Below the pieces are notes generated by a model. That model was given only the letters and a program-made list of their open reading frames with translations. It made no database searches and was not told where the DNA came from. A DNA stretch of 64,000 nt, from positions 41,566 to 105,565 of the forward strand of contig CAZIDX010000002.1 in the NCBI GenBank assembly GCA_964538435.1, in the 5' to 3' direction. A program made the translations under genes and the position numbers. This document shows, in pieces, positions 46,099 through 56,268 of this stretch; the stretch's first letter is position 1; each line of letters begins with the position of its first letter. The DNA comes from an uncultured Gammaproteobacteria bacterium. GTDB lineage: Bacteria; Patescibacteriota; Patescibacteriia; UBA9934; GWF2-40-263.

Positions 46099-46929
46099 AT
46101 GACAAAAAACTACATCGGCGAGCCAAACGTGCCCGCCTTCAGCCGCGTAGTCAATGCACTGCGCGGTTTTTTTCTATCTAAAGGATTCCTTGAGGTTCAC
46201 ACCCAGGATCGCCTTTCCATTCTCGCAGCATGCGAAGACCCAACCACCGTTGCCACCTTCTCCTATGCCGGTCAAATCTGGCCACTCCCACAGACAGGCC
46301 AAATGTGGCTCGAATACGAACTCCTCACTCGCCCGGATGTGCCGGGTGTTTTTTGTGTCAGCACAAGCTACAGACACGAACCCCATCCAGTCGAAGGCAG
46401 GCACAAAATCGTATTCCCAATGTTCGAGTTTGAATCACGCGGAGACGTAAACGATCTCCAGCAACTCATGGCCGAGATGCTCGAGCACCTGGGGTACGGC
46501 TCTCGAGAAAGCTTCAAACGTATCAACTACCGTGATGCCATGAGAACATATAACACAAAAGAGATTGATCACGAACATGAAAAACAACTCTGCGAAGACT
46601 ATGGACGCGCAGTATTCCTAGAAAAATTCCCAGAGCACACAAGCCCCTTCTGGAATATGAAACGAGCCAAGGACGGAACCTCACACAAAATCGACGTGAT
46701 CATCGACGGCATGGAAACATTCGGAACTGCTGAACGCAGCTCAAACCCAGTAGAAATGCGAGAAGCCTTCCACACCATCTCAGACGGAGGCTACGCCAAC
46801 CTGCTCTACGATCTGTTTGGAAAAGAAAGAGTCGAGGCTGAACTCGAAGAATTCCTCTCCCACAACTTTGTCCCACGCTACGGCGGTGGCATCGGCGTCA
46901 CCCGGCTTGTAAGCTCGCTGGCAAGGTAA
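46099..46929 (+). CDS. class II aminoacyl-tRNA-synthetase-like catalytic-core protein (AsnA / EpmA-like amino-acid ligase)
   Basis: Motif-2-like STSYRHEPHP and C-terminal motif-3 YGGGIGVTRL; no anticodon-binding domain. Confidence 0.5.
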   Translation: MTKNYIGEPNVPAFSRVVNALRGFFLSKGFLEVHTQDRLSILAACEDPTTVATFSYAGQIWPLPQTGQMWLEYELLTRPDVPGVFCVSTSYRHEPHPVEGRHKIVFPMFEFESRGDVNDLQQLMAEMLEHLGYGSRESFKRINYRDAMRTYNTKEIDHEHEKQLCEDYGRAVFLEKFPEHTSPFWNMKRAKDGTSHKIDVIIDGMETFGTAERSSNPVEMREAFHTISDGGYANLLYDLFGKERVEAELEEFLSHNFVPRYGGGIGVTRLVSSLAR

Positions 46930-46955
46930 AAGAAAAGTCCTGTGCGTCGTAACGC

Positions 46956-47525
46956 TCAAGACTTGTATGCGGCCGCGAGCTCGATGAGCTTGTCGACCCG
47001 CTTGCGCAGATGAATCCACACCCGCGCCGTGAGCACTGAGTCGTACAGCGGGTTGTGCCACCCACCACCGATGTCGCTCATGTCGATGTCGTACTTCTTC
47101 TTGTACGCCCCGTGCTTGGTCGATTCCTCACCAAGCATCTCGAGCACGGAAGCTGTGTCGTGCAGCGGGAATGGTGCCTCATCCGTGGTGATCATACACG
47201 CCTTTTTCATGAGCGTGAGCACGCGCGCCTCCACTGGAAACTGCACATGCGCCAGGATGATGGTGTCGTCGTCCGTGTACTTGAGGTAGAACTCACTGAA
47301 CGCCCTGAGGAGCTCCAGCAGGGTCGCGTGCGTCTGATCGATCCCCTCCATGGGAGGAAGAACGTTCTCGAGCACCCACACGTCTACCTCGTCCATGATC
47401 GGACATCGACCCACGAACCGATCGATCTCCACACCCTCCTCGTCGCAGACAAAGGCCGCGATCGAAAACGGGTGGCCTTCGAGACCATTGGTCTCGGCAT
47501 CGAACGAGAAAATCTTCTTCCCCAT
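46956..47525 (-). CDS. DEDD-family 3-prime-5-prime exonuclease (DnaQ-like), GC-rich; start at MGKKIFSFDAETNGL with SD AAGGAGA
   Basis: Exo I motif FDAETNGL; later D and Y-x3-D-like motifs; high G+C. Confidence 0.65.
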   Translation of the reverse strand: MGKKIFSFDAETNGLEGHPFSIAAFVCDEEGVEIDRFVGRCPIMDEVDVWVLENVLPPMEGIDQTHATLLELLRAFSEFYLKYTDDDTIILAHVQFPVEARVLTLMKKACMITTDEAPFPLHDTASVLEMLGEESTKHGAYKKKYDIDMSDIGGGWHNPLYDSVLTARVWIHLRKRVDKLIELAAAYKS

Positions 47526-47626
47526 CTCATCTCCTTTCGTCTGACTACTATGCAGCCAACAGACGTTTATACGCGAAAACCAAGCCTTTGTCAATACAAA
47601 AACACCCTTTTCACAAGAGTGTTTAT

Positions 47627-48217
47627 TTACCGAAAAATCATCTTCTGCTCAAGCCCATCTGTAATCACATCACCCACAGTTTTTATGAGCAGAAAAAATA
47701 CAAGTCCCACAACACCTTTTCCAAAAATGAAACCAAGGATCACAATAAGATGCATTGGCAGGATTCGTGGGTATGGCAAAAAGAAAAGCTTGCCAAGATG
47801 CTGGCCTTTCTCATCGTCAATTTTTCGAACCGATCGATATGCAAATGCATGGTTCACAAAAAAGATAAGCGCAAACAACCCAATCGCTCCCCAATCATCA
47901 ACTCTTGGCCATGCCAAAATGATAATGAAAACAAGATAAACAAAATGAAAGATTCCATAATGAAGCAAGAAAAAATTCGCCGCGCTCTTCTTAGCTCTCT
48001 CGGTCGGCTCTACCGCTTCGCCATTCACCTGCATCCCCTCAACCGAAAACTTTTTGAGCGAGAGCATACGCTTTGCATGAAACAAACCAATAATCACACT
48101 CTGCGCCCAATACCCCCAAACAACCACAGAAAAATCCCACCCCTGCCAAACAGCAAGAGCGATAACGATGAGGTTGCTTACAATCAGACCAATCGATGAT
48201 GAGTTTACATATTTCAT
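47627..48217 (-). CDS. hypothetical polytopic membrane protein (196 aa)
   Basis: 5-6 TM helices. Confidence 0.4.
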   Translation of the reverse strand: MKYVNSSSIGLIVSNLIVIALAVWQGWDFSVVVWGYWAQSVIIGLFHAKRMLSLKKFSVEGMQVNGEAVEPTERAKKSAANFFLLHYGIFHFVYLVFIIILAWPRVDDWGAIGLFALIFFVNHAFAYRSVRKIDDEKGQHLGKLFFLPYPRILPMHLIVILGFIFGKGVVGLVFFLLIKTVGDVITDGLEQKMIFR

Positions 48218-48218
48218 A

Positions 48219-49523
48219 TCAATTCGATAACTTCTCCATAAAGTTTACTACAGCCTCATCTAGAATAACATCCTTTTGTTTAAACGGCTTGAGAAGCACA
48301 AGCCCATCAAACGTTGTGCAACGACTAAGTGCAACGTAGAGCTGCCCATGCGCAAACGCTCCCCACCCCATATCAACGAGCACGCGATCAAACGTCTTGC
48401 CCTGAGCCTTGTGAATCGTCACTGCCCACGCAAGCGCGATCGGATACTGCGTATATGAACCAATAATCGACTCCTCGAAACTTCCACCATCATGCTCATA
48501 CTCAAAAAGTTCCCACCGATGCTGGCTTACATCCACCTCTGACCCATCTTCAAGCACCACCTCCAAAACAGGATTCTTCTGCAGCCCAAGTTTCTGAATC
48601 CTCCTGATTGTTCCAAGCGATCCATTCACCCAGCGCTTTTCAGGATCATTTACCGTAAACATGATCCGAGCACCTTCCTTCACGGTAATCGTTGGCTCAG
48701 ATGGCATGCGACGATCTGGAATCTCCCCTGTGGAACGTGATTTTAGTTTCCACGGTTTTGTATCCAGCTGAGAAAGCTCAAAATCATTTCTCTGCTTTGC
48801 CATCTTATTCGTGGTTGTCAGATGGATAAAATCTGCCTCCCCTCGAGGATCAAAATACGGATCATGCCGCTCATTCCAAAGATCAATATCATCCTGAGTG
48901 AGTGTTTGCATTCGAATCTTTTCAAGTAGCTCAACAAAATCTTCATCTTGCTGCCGATATACCTTTGTAAGCTCAATCATTCTCACACGCACCCCACCCA
49001 TCGCGTACGCAGAGAAAAAATATGGCGATGTGTACTCATTCTCAAACCTAAATGCTTCCTCACGCGTCACCACTGGCGGAAGCTGGTACAAATCTCCAAT
49101 AAAAATCATTTGCACACCACCAAACGGCTCACCCGGCCTCCCCCGGTTCAGTCGCAGAGCCTTATCAACACAATCCAAAAGATCAGCGCGCACCATGGAA
49201 ATCTCATCAATCACAATCGTCTCAAGCGCCTCAAACAACGGCCGTGCATCTGGAAACGCTGGACGCACAAGATCTGGTCGGATCGCAGGATGAAAACCAA
49301 AAAACGAGTGTATCGTCTGCCCCCTAACATTAAGAGCAGCCACACCCGTTGGTGCCAGCACAACATGTTTTTTCTTTGTATGCTCACGAAAATACTTGAG
49401 AAGCGTTGACTTTCCGGTTCCAGCACGGCCTGTCACAAAAATATGATCACCCGTTTCGTTCATGGTCTTATACGCAGCCTTGGATTCTTTTCCAATTCGA
49501 ATCTTCTTTGTCATAAGTGGCAC
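48219..49523 (-). CDS. PIF1/RecD-family SF1 DNA helicase
   Basis: Walker A GRAGTGKST, DEISMV, IGDLYQLPPV, C-terminal TIHKAQGKTFDRV. Confidence 0.75.
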   Translation of the reverse strand: MPLMTKKIRIGKESKAAYKTMNETGDHIFVTGRAGTGKSTLLKYFREHTKKKHVVLAPTGVAALNVRGQTIHSFFGFHPAIRPDLVRPAFPDARPLFEALETIVIDEISMVRADLLDCVDKALRLNRGRPGEPFGGVQMIFIGDLYQLPPVVTREEAFRFENEYTSPYFFSAYAMGGVRVRMIELTKVYRQQDEDFVELLEKIRMQTLTQDDIDLWNERHDPYFDPRGEADFIHLTTTNKMAKQRNDFELSQLDTKPWKLKSRSTGEIPDRRMPSEPTITVKEGARIMFTVNDPEKRWVNGSLGTIRRIQKLGLQKNPVLEVVLEDGSEVDVSQHRWELFEYEHDGGSFEESIIGSYTQYPIALAWAVTIHKAQGKTFDRVLVDMGWGAFAHGQLYVALSRCTTFDGLVLLKPFKQKDVILDEAVVNFMEKLSN

Positions 49524-49544
49524 AAGTATACCACTTTTTTTATT

Positions 49545-51179
49545 CTACCAATCCACCAACCAATCATTAGCACACTCTGACTCAGGAATATTTACTTGAT
49601 ATGCTCCAGGAAAATCTTCACACCTGTCACCCAAAAACGGAATAAAATACGGTGCATCAGGATAACTTGGATCATAACAACAAATATACACAAACTCTTC
49701 CTCATCTTCTTCGTCATCAAAACTCACTTCATCCTCGATGACGTCCTCAATCTCTTCAACTGACTCATCTACAACCTCTTCAATCACCTCCTCAACAGGC
49801 TCTTCAACCACCACAACCTCCTCCTCAACAATCTCCACCACAGACTCCACCTCTTCCTCAGAAGGAGTCCATTCAGGCTCAAACTGCCATGGCTCTAAAT
49901 CAGTACCCTCATCTGTCTCAGCAGGAACATCAAACACGGATTGTTCCGACGGAGAACCATCAACCCCAGCTCGATCAACCTCCAAATGTTCAATTTGTTC
50001 ACCCTCGTCTTGAACAATTTCATTTTGAACAGTTTCTTCTTGCACAAACTCAATACTCTCTACCTGAATCTCAATCGTCTCCCCCTCGCTAATCTCAAAC
50101 TCAACAGGATTAAATGGAGTCACGCTTGTACTTCCAATTTCTTTCCCAACTACAACAGTTGTTGTGTCTGTATCAGAAGAACTCGGAGGTGGAAGCGCTA
50201 TAGCAACAAGACTGCTGTACTTACTTCTTGAAACTGGACCGAAAAAATCATCTTGCGAAACAATGACCGTCTGATTGGATTGCCATTTTCCAACAGAAGA
50301 ACTTGTCACAGGACCATAAAACGAACCATTCTCTGGCCCATTCGATCCAAGCACAGAATGAAAACTATCTACATATTGAGTCAATGCCGAAACACTATCC
50401 CCAACAGGTGGGTCAAATGCCGAAACTGGGGTTGGTTCAATTGACGTTAATTCCATTTGGATTGCTGTAATCTGTTCAAATAATGCAGAAATTTGCGCTT
50501 GCAAAACCATTGGATCAACCGGTGCTTGCGCCTGCACATTCACCTGCCCAGCTCCCTGCGCATGTGCTGTCTTCACAAACGGTAACTTCCACGGCTCTGA
50601 AACCGAAACAGCCGACGACCCCTGAGTTAGCTCAATAGCAAACGAACCGCTTTCCTCTGCAACTTGCTCATACATCCACCCCAGCTCATACCCCTCCTTC
50701 ACTACCCAAAACATGGTCCAGCCCTGTTGCTGCTCAGGGTACCAAGCAAGTCCATTCGAATCTGTTTTGTGAACTGAATCAAGCTCAAACGAATTCGGAT
50801 CAAGCGCAAACAAATACGCATCAGCAAGCGGACCGTTCTCATCATAAGCATACACTAGCACACTCTGCTTGCTCTTTTGATTTAGATAAATCATCTCACT
50901 CAATGTTGTTCGATTGTAATACTCATACCCCTCAGCAAGAACCACCACTGGACCACCACTCACCAAACTGCCGTCCCATCTTCCATCAAGGTCTGTTTTA
51001 ATCACTAAATCCTGTACAAACACATATGCACCACCAACCGGCTCATCATTAGCTCCCAGAACAACATGCGAGAGCTCGCTGCTTGGTTCTGGATACATTT
51101 TCAAAAAAATCGCAGCCCCAATCACCACTAGGACAACCCCGAGCGCAATGAGAACCTGCGTAACAGATACTTTTTTCAT
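49545..51179 (-). CDS. secreted/anchored acidic protein with Cys-rich C-terminal tail (start MKKVSVTQVLIALGVVLVVIG)
   Basis: N-terminal TM/signal, long E/V/D-rich region, C-terminal FVYICCYDPSYPDAPYFIPFLGDRCEDFPGAYQVNIPESECANDW. Confidence 0.45.
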   Translation of the reverse strand: MKKVSVTQVLIALGVVLVVIGAAIFLKMYPEPSSELSHVVLGANDEPVGGAYVFVQDLVIKTDLDGRWDGSLVSGGPVVVLAEGYEYYNRTTLSEMIYLNQKSKQSVLVYAYDENGPLADAYLFALDPNSFELDSVHKTDSNGLAWYPEQQQGWTMFWVVKEGYELGWMYEQVAEESGSFAIELTQGSSAVSVSEPWKLPFVKTAHAQGAGQVNVQAQAPVDPMVLQAQISALFEQITAIQMELTSIEPTPVSAFDPPVGDSVSALTQYVDSFHSVLGSNGPENGSFYGPVTSSSVGKWQSNQTVIVSQDDFFGPVSRSKYSSLVAIALPPPSSSDTDTTTVVVGKEIGSTSVTPFNPVEFEISEGETIEIQVESIEFVQEETVQNEIVQDEGEQIEHLEVDRAGVDGSPSEQSVFDVPAETDEGTDLEPWQFEPEWTPSEEEVESVVEIVEEEVVVVEEPVEEVIEEVVDESVEEIEDVIEDEVSFDDEEDEEEFVYICCYDPSYPDAPYFIPFLGDRCEDFPGAYQVNIPESECANDWLVDW

Positions 51180-51263
51180 ATTGTTTTCCTCACTTATTCT
51201 GATATTCATTGTACCAGTTTTCACAATCGAAAACACGCCCATAGATGAGCGTGCGCGTTGGTT

Positions 51264-51605
51264 CTAGCTGTCCTTGAGCGGAATCAGGCGGCCGGAAGGA
51301 TATCCTTCCACGAGAGTTGCGAAGCGTCGATTCCTCTTGGAATCGAACGGTGTGAATACCATCACCTCGTAGATCCGATCACCGATCTGGATACCGTTTG
51401 GAACATGCTCCTTGAGTAGTTCGATGTGGTGATCGTTCGTGAGCGGTCGAATCGATTCACTGAACAGAGAACCAATGAGCCCCCTCAGCAGCAAAGCGAG
51501 TTCATGAGGAATATTGGTCTCCAAGTGTGCTGTCTCCAACTCACCCCACCACCCTTCACGGGTGAGTGTCAAAGATGCCATCTGTCTACCTCCTTTTCGG
51601 AACAC
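51264..51605 (-). CDS. hypothetical small protein, moderately GC-rich
   Basis: ORF; terminator cacgc-ucaucuaugg-gcgug-UUUUCGAUUG immediately after stop. Confidence 0.35.
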   Translation of the reverse strand: MFRKGGRQMASLTLTREGWWGELETAHLETNIPHELALLLRGLIGSLFSESIRPLTNDHHIELLKEHVPNGIQIGDRIYEVMVFTPFDSKRNRRFATLVEGYPSGRLIPLKDS

Positions 51606-51633
51606 TTCTTTCTACATGCAAAACACCATCTTG

Positions 51634-51981
51634 TCAACCCACGCACCTTCGAGATCTGAGCAACACCCCAAAGAAAACCAAATAAAACAAACACGCAACC
51701 ACATCAATCACCCCAACCTCGTCAAGTAGACACAACACTGCCATTGCACCCACATACACGAGCGTGACAAAGAACCACCGCTTGAAATGATGAATGAGCA
51801 ACCACAGTAGCGCGATCGTGATAGCTGCGTTCACAATCATAAGTACCGCATTCATCTGATACACCTCAAACGGAAACACGCCACGCGACACAAACAAAAA
51901 CACCCCAGCACTGAGCCAGAACGCCGCACTGAACAAGAAAAAGAAACACACAGAATTCTTCATACCTTCACATCGTATCAC
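51634..51981 (-). CDS. small membrane protein (115 aa)
   Basis: 3 TM helices; overlaps ABC-F gene start by 4 nt. Confidence 0.35.
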   Translation of the reverse strand: MIRCEGMKNSVCFFFLFSAAFWLSAGVFLFVSRGVFPFEVYQMNAVLMIVNAAITIALLWLLIHHFKRWFFVTLVYVGAMAVLCLLDEVGVIDVVACLFYLVFFGVLLRSRRCVG

Positions 51982-53759
51982 AACCCCTTTCTTAAATGAT
52001 CAATCACCTCCTGATCCTTCACCCAAAGCACCTCAAGCCTTTCAATCTCCTTTGTAACCTCATCTAGGCGCTGAGCCTTCACTGGTGCATAATCCGTTGG
52101 ATTCTCAAAAAAGTACGCGAGAATCTCACTCTTCTCAACATCAAGAACCTTCATCTTCTTATTAATTCTCGCTTGCGATCGCTGATGCTCTTTCACACGC
52201 ATTTGAGCCTCAGCCCGCAAAACTCGATCACCCCCTTCTTCAGAACACTCCACCACAAGCGATTCTCGTGCCCGATCCATCAGATCATCCACATACTCGC
52301 CATAGGTTCCCATGTGCTGACGAACTCTTCCATTGCGCACCTCCAAGATCTTCTCTGCAAGCGCATTCACAAATGTTCGTGCATGCGAAATAAAAAGCAC
52401 TGTTCCTGAATACTTTTTGAGTGCAAGTGCAAGCGCCTCTGTTGTTTCCACATCCAAGTGGTTGGTTGGCTCGTCCAGAAGGAGGACATTATGTTCATGC
52501 AACAAAATCCCAGCCAAGCAAAGCCGAGCACGCTCCCCACCGGAGAGAACACTGGTTGGCTTATCAAGATCATCACCTCGAAACAAAAAGTTCCCAGCCA
52601 TCATCAAAATCCGCTCACCGGATGCATCACGCGGCGCCATGCGCGTAAGATGCTGCAACACCGTCTCAGTATCGATAAGCGCTGCATCCGTCTTCTGATC
52701 ATAATATCCAATGTCCGCGTGATGCCACCACTTCACCTTCCCCTCAAGCTGATCAATCTTGCCGGCAAGCGTCTTAAGCAGTGTAGATTTTCCATTCCCA
52801 TTCTCCCCAGCAATCACAATCTTTTCCCCACGCATCACATCAAGATCAATCTTCTCTGCTACAACATGCTCACCATACCCGATCACCAAATCATCTGCGC
52901 GCACAGCAGGACCAGGCACAACCCGCGACGATGGGATGGTGATGTTTGTTGTTGCTAGCGCAGAGTCAATATCAGAAATCTGATTGCGAAGCTTTGCAAT
53001 ATGTTTAATCTTGCTCTGTGCGCGTGTAGCCAAACTGGCTTTATATCGAAAACGATCCACAAATGTTTGGTGGTGCGCCATCTCACGCCTGAGCCTCTTG
53101 TTCGTGCTCTTTTGAAACTCAAGCTGCTCCTGTTTGTACTCCAAATACTCCTGAACCGTTCCCTTGTACACCGTCAGTTTTCCGCGCTCAATCTCAAACG
53201 TTGTCGTGCACGTATTCTGCAAAAACGTCCGATCATGCGCTGCAATAATACAACCTCCACGAAAATCTTTTAAGAACATTTCAAGTAAAAGAAGTGTCTG
53301 CAGATCCAAATAGTTCACAGGCTCATCAAGAAGCAAAAGATTTGGCTCAAGAAGGAGCATAGCCACAAGCTTCACACGCATCTGATACCCACCGGAAAGT
53401 TCGGAAGGTGGCACCTGCAAGTGAGACTCTCCAAGACCAAACCTGGCTCCAAGCTTTTTTACCTTCCAATCTGAAACCCCTCCTCGTTTCTCCAAAAACG
53501 CAAGAGTTGTGCAATCAGACGGAAGCACCTCATGCTGCTCAACCACCCCCAACCTCAACTTTGGAAACATGTTTACCTCACCCCCATCCGCTTCTTCTGC
53601 TCCGGTGATAATCTTTAAAAGAGTTGACTTGCCCGCACCATTCCGTCCAATGAGTGCAATCTTTTGTTTCTCGGCAATCAAAAAAGAAAGGTCCTCAAGC
53701 ACGGTCTGCAATCCATATTTCTTTCTTAAATTTTTTCCCTCAATCAGTGGATGCCCCAT
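51978..53759 (-). CDS. ABC-F family ATPase (tandem NBDs, EttA/Uup-like translation factor)
   Basis: Two Walker A (GRNGAGKSTLL, GENGNGKSTLL), two signatures (LSGGYQMRV, LSGGERARL), inter-domain linker, C-terminal coiled coil. Confidence 0.85.
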   Translation of the reverse strand: MGHPLIEGKNLRKKYGLQTVLEDLSFLIAEKQKIALIGRNGAGKSTLLKIITGAEEADGGEVNMFPKLRLGVVEQHEVLPSDCTTLAFLEKRGGVSDWKVKKLGARFGLGESHLQVPPSELSGGYQMRVKLVAMLLLEPNLLLLDEPVNYLDLQTLLLLEMFLKDFRGGCIIAAHDRTFLQNTCTTTFEIERGKLTVYKGTVQEYLEYKQEQLEFQKSTNKRLRREMAHHQTFVDRFRYKASLATRAQSKIKHIAKLRNQISDIDSALATTNITIPSSRVVPGPAVRADDLVIGYGEHVVAEKIDLDVMRGEKIVIAGENGNGKSTLLKTLAGKIDQLEGKVKWWHHADIGYYDQKTDAALIDTETVLQHLTRMAPRDASGERILMMAGNFLFRGDDLDKPTSVLSGGERARLCLAGILLHEHNVLLLDEPTNHLDVETTEALALALKKYSGTVLFISHARTFVNALAEKILEVRNGRVRQHMGTYGEYVDDLMDRARESLVVECSEEGGDRVLRAEAQMRVKEHQRSQARINKKMKVLDVEKSEILAYFFENPTDYAPVKAQRLDEVTKEIERLEVLWVKDQEVIDHLRKGL

Positions 53760-54999
53760 GTGTTCCTGCTACAAACCCGGTAGTCCAGCACAGCTGAAGA
53801 GAAAAACCACCAGATGGTCGATTAATATTTATTGTGTCTCCAATCAAATACAAATTCGGATACAGCCTCGAAGTCATAGATCTAAAGTCCACCTCCTCTG
53901 GAACCACACCACCGTCTGCAACAATCGAATACTCATACCCCATGGTTCCAGCAATATCAAAACGCAAATCCTTGAACATCGTCACCAAACGCTTGCGCTG
54001 ATCCTTTGTAATCGAATGCACAGGCGTGTCTGCAATTGATTCTCCAAAACGACTAAACACAACTTCGCAAACCTGTTTTTGAGCAAGCCCCTTGAGCACA
54101 CTCTTGAGCTTCTTGTTCTTGTGCTTCTCAAACTCCGCAACTAAATGTGTATCCAAACTTCCCAGATCGTGATCTGGAAAAAGATCTATCGACGCATCAA
54201 CCGTTCCCTTTGCAAGCAATTTCTTAACCTCATGTGCCGAATTAATCACAAGCGGACCAGAGATTCCAAAGTGCGTAAACAAAAGTCGACCGCGCACTTT
54301 CAGTCTCGTCTTCTTATCCTGGATGTACCGCAGCTCCATATCATCAAGCGTCACCCCCGAAAGCCCATGCACCCACTTTGTCTCAGTTCGAAGCGGAACC
54401 AAATCTGGGTCAGCTTCTTTTACTGTGTGCCCAATCGCAGCAAGCATTGAAATCCCATCTCCTGTTGATCCGGTCTCAGGCGCAGCAAGCCCACCCGTTG
54501 CCAGCACGATCTTACCAGCACGAAAGACACCCTTATTAGTTTTCACCCCCACCAAAGCATCTTGTTCTTTCACAAACGACTCCGCACTCACACCAAGCAT
54601 CACTTCAACATTCCCACTCTCCTTCACATACACTTCAAGAGTTCGACAAACATCCTCTGCCTTCTGAGACTTTGGAAACGCCCGGTTGCGTTCCTCCACC
54701 ACAAGCGGCAGACCACGCTCCTGAAAAAAATCAAACGTGGCTTTTACATCAAACTGCGCAAACGGTGAGAACAAAAACTTACTTGTCTCAGGAAAGCTCT
54801 CAAGAAACAAACGAGGATCAAACACAGCATTCGTGATGTTGCACCTACGCCCCCCAGTAATGCTGAGCTTCTTGCCAAGCCTGATATTTTTCTCAAGCAA
54901 AAGAACACGAGCCCCAAGCTCGCCTGCGCGTCCAGCAGCCATCATTCCAGATGGACCACCGCCGATAACAATCATGTCAAATGTATTTTCCATGCGCAC
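53740..54999 (-). CDS. HI0933-like FAD-dependent oxidoreductase (aminoacetone-oxidase family flavoprotein)
   Basis: N-terminal DMIVIGGGPSGMMAAGRA dinucleotide fold, family-typical length. Confidence 0.7.
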   Translation of the reverse strand: MRMENTFDMIVIGGGPSGMMAAGRAGELGARVLLLEKNIRLGKKLSITGGRRCNITNAVFDPRLFLESFPETSKFLFSPFAQFDVKATFDFFQERGLPLVVEERNRAFPKSQKAEDVCRTLEVYVKESGNVEVMLGVSAESFVKEQDALVGVKTNKGVFRAGKIVLATGGLAAPETGSTGDGISMLAAIGHTVKEADPDLVPLRTETKWVHGLSGVTLDDMELRYIQDKKTRLKVRGRLLFTHFGISGPLVINSAHEVKKLLAKGTVDASIDLFPDHDLGSLDTHLVAEFEKHKNKKLKSVLKGLAQKQVCEVVFSRFGESIADTPVHSITKDQRKRLVTMFKDLRFDIAGTMGYEYSIVADGGVVPEEVDFRSMTSRLYPNLYLIGDTININRPSGGFSLQLCWTTGFVAGTHGASTD

Positions 55000-55286
55000 A
55001 TCATCTCAAATTTTGAATAACAAAGAAAGCCGCTAGCTGATAACACATTGAAAATGTGAATAACTCAACCTCTCTTTAGGTCACACAAAGACCTGCATCA
55101 AAGCCAGAATAACAACCCGCTTTGAACACTTATATTGCACAAAGTCCCTGCTGTCGCATGATTAGACAAATCACTTCTTGACAGCTTTTTGGTAGAAAGG
55201 CTAACGTTAGTGTGCGATTAACACTTACAAGATTTGTCGCTATTCACCTCCCCTGCTTCCAAAGCAGGGTTGAGAACACCAGAAAC

Positions 55287-55315
55287 ATTGACAAACCTTG
55301 AATTAAGTGCTAATT
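55287..55315 (+). promoter_or_regulatory. candidate promoter TTGACA-N17-TAATTT for GC-rich operon
   Basis: Read directly; about 100-nt leader then SD AGAGG. Confidence 0.4.
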
Positions 55316-55417
55316 TCGGCGGCTGTAACCAACCGGAATACAGAAGCCAAAACAAGAAGTTACTTAGCAACCCTCGCCCTTTCCCAAACCAACCCTAGAC
55401 CAAGAGGTAGAGGCCCC

Positions 55418-56266
55418 ATGCCAACCATGGACATTCAAGGCCCCGAGCACGTCTACACGGTCACGCACCGCGTGGGCGAGTGCAGCCACTACCGTCTCTA
55501 CACGTGTCTCCAACAGGACACAGACCGGCAGTGCATCATGATGATCGCGGCCGAGCGTCGCAACAACGCAGACCTCGAGCGCGCCGCGTACCTCCTCAAG
55601 CAACTCCGCAAGGAAGGCGACCTCAACGAGGAAGACTACGCCAAGGATCCCAAGAACGAAGGTCGTATGCTCAACTACCAGCTCGGCTTCCCCGAGGTGA
55701 TGGACAGCTTCATCTTCGAAGAGCAGGATCACCGGCGCATCCTCATCCTGGCGTTCGACAACATCCAGGAGATCGACGGCCTGGTCCCCCTCCTGAACAT
55801 TCGGGAGAAGGACCTCAAGCGCCTCGACATCAAGACCGGCGCGTGGATCCTGGGCAAGGCCCTCAAGACCCTCAAGCTAGCGCACAGCATCGGGATCTCC
55901 ATGGGTACCATGGATGCCTCCCGCATCCTGGTCCAGCTCGACGAGCACTACGTGATCATGTTCGACTGGTGCTACGCCAGGACCGGCACAGACCAGGTCC
56001 CGAGAGACCTGGCACGCCGCGACATCATGAACGTAGCCCGCGCCGTCATCACTGCCTTGGGCGGAGACTGGCGCAGCCGTCACCTCCCCTTCCCCGGCAA
56101 CGAGGAAGGGTACGGCAGGTTCACCGAAATCCTCTTCCGACTCGCTGGCGGAGCACAGACCAGCGCAGCCATGGCTCACCAGACGTTCTACGAGATGGTA
56201 GACGCGGCCTGGGAGCCTGGCTTTCACCCCGCAACCACCCACCCTCTCGAAAAGACAGGAGATTGA
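55418..56266 (+). CDS. protein-kinase-fold protein, probably pseudokinase/atypical kinase; GC-rich
   Basis: LAHSIGISMGTMDASRILV aligns to LHSxGIVHRDLKPSNILV (HRD degenerate), IMFDWCYAR to DFG region, alphaC-like LERAAYLLKQL. Confidence 0.45.
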   Translation: MPTMDIQGPEHVYTVTHRVGECSHYRLYTCLQQDTDRQCIMMIAAERRNNADLERAAYLLKQLRKEGDLNEEDYAKDPKNEGRMLNYQLGFPEVMDSFIFEEQDHRRILILAFDNIQEIDGLVPLLNIREKDLKRLDIKTGAWILGKALKTLKLAHSIGISMGTMDASRILVQLDEHYVIMFDWCYARTGTDQVPRDLARRDIMNVARAVITALGGDWRSRHLPFPGNEEGYGRFTEILFRLAGGAQTSAAMAHQTFYEMVDAAWEPGFHPATTHPLEKTGD

Positions 56267-56268
56267 TC

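Noticed and set aside
47055-47939. 294-aa plus-strand ORF across the exonuclease gene
   Set aside because: It is antisense to a motif-supported DEDD exonuclease. The R/H/V-rich composition is a GC-rich shadow.
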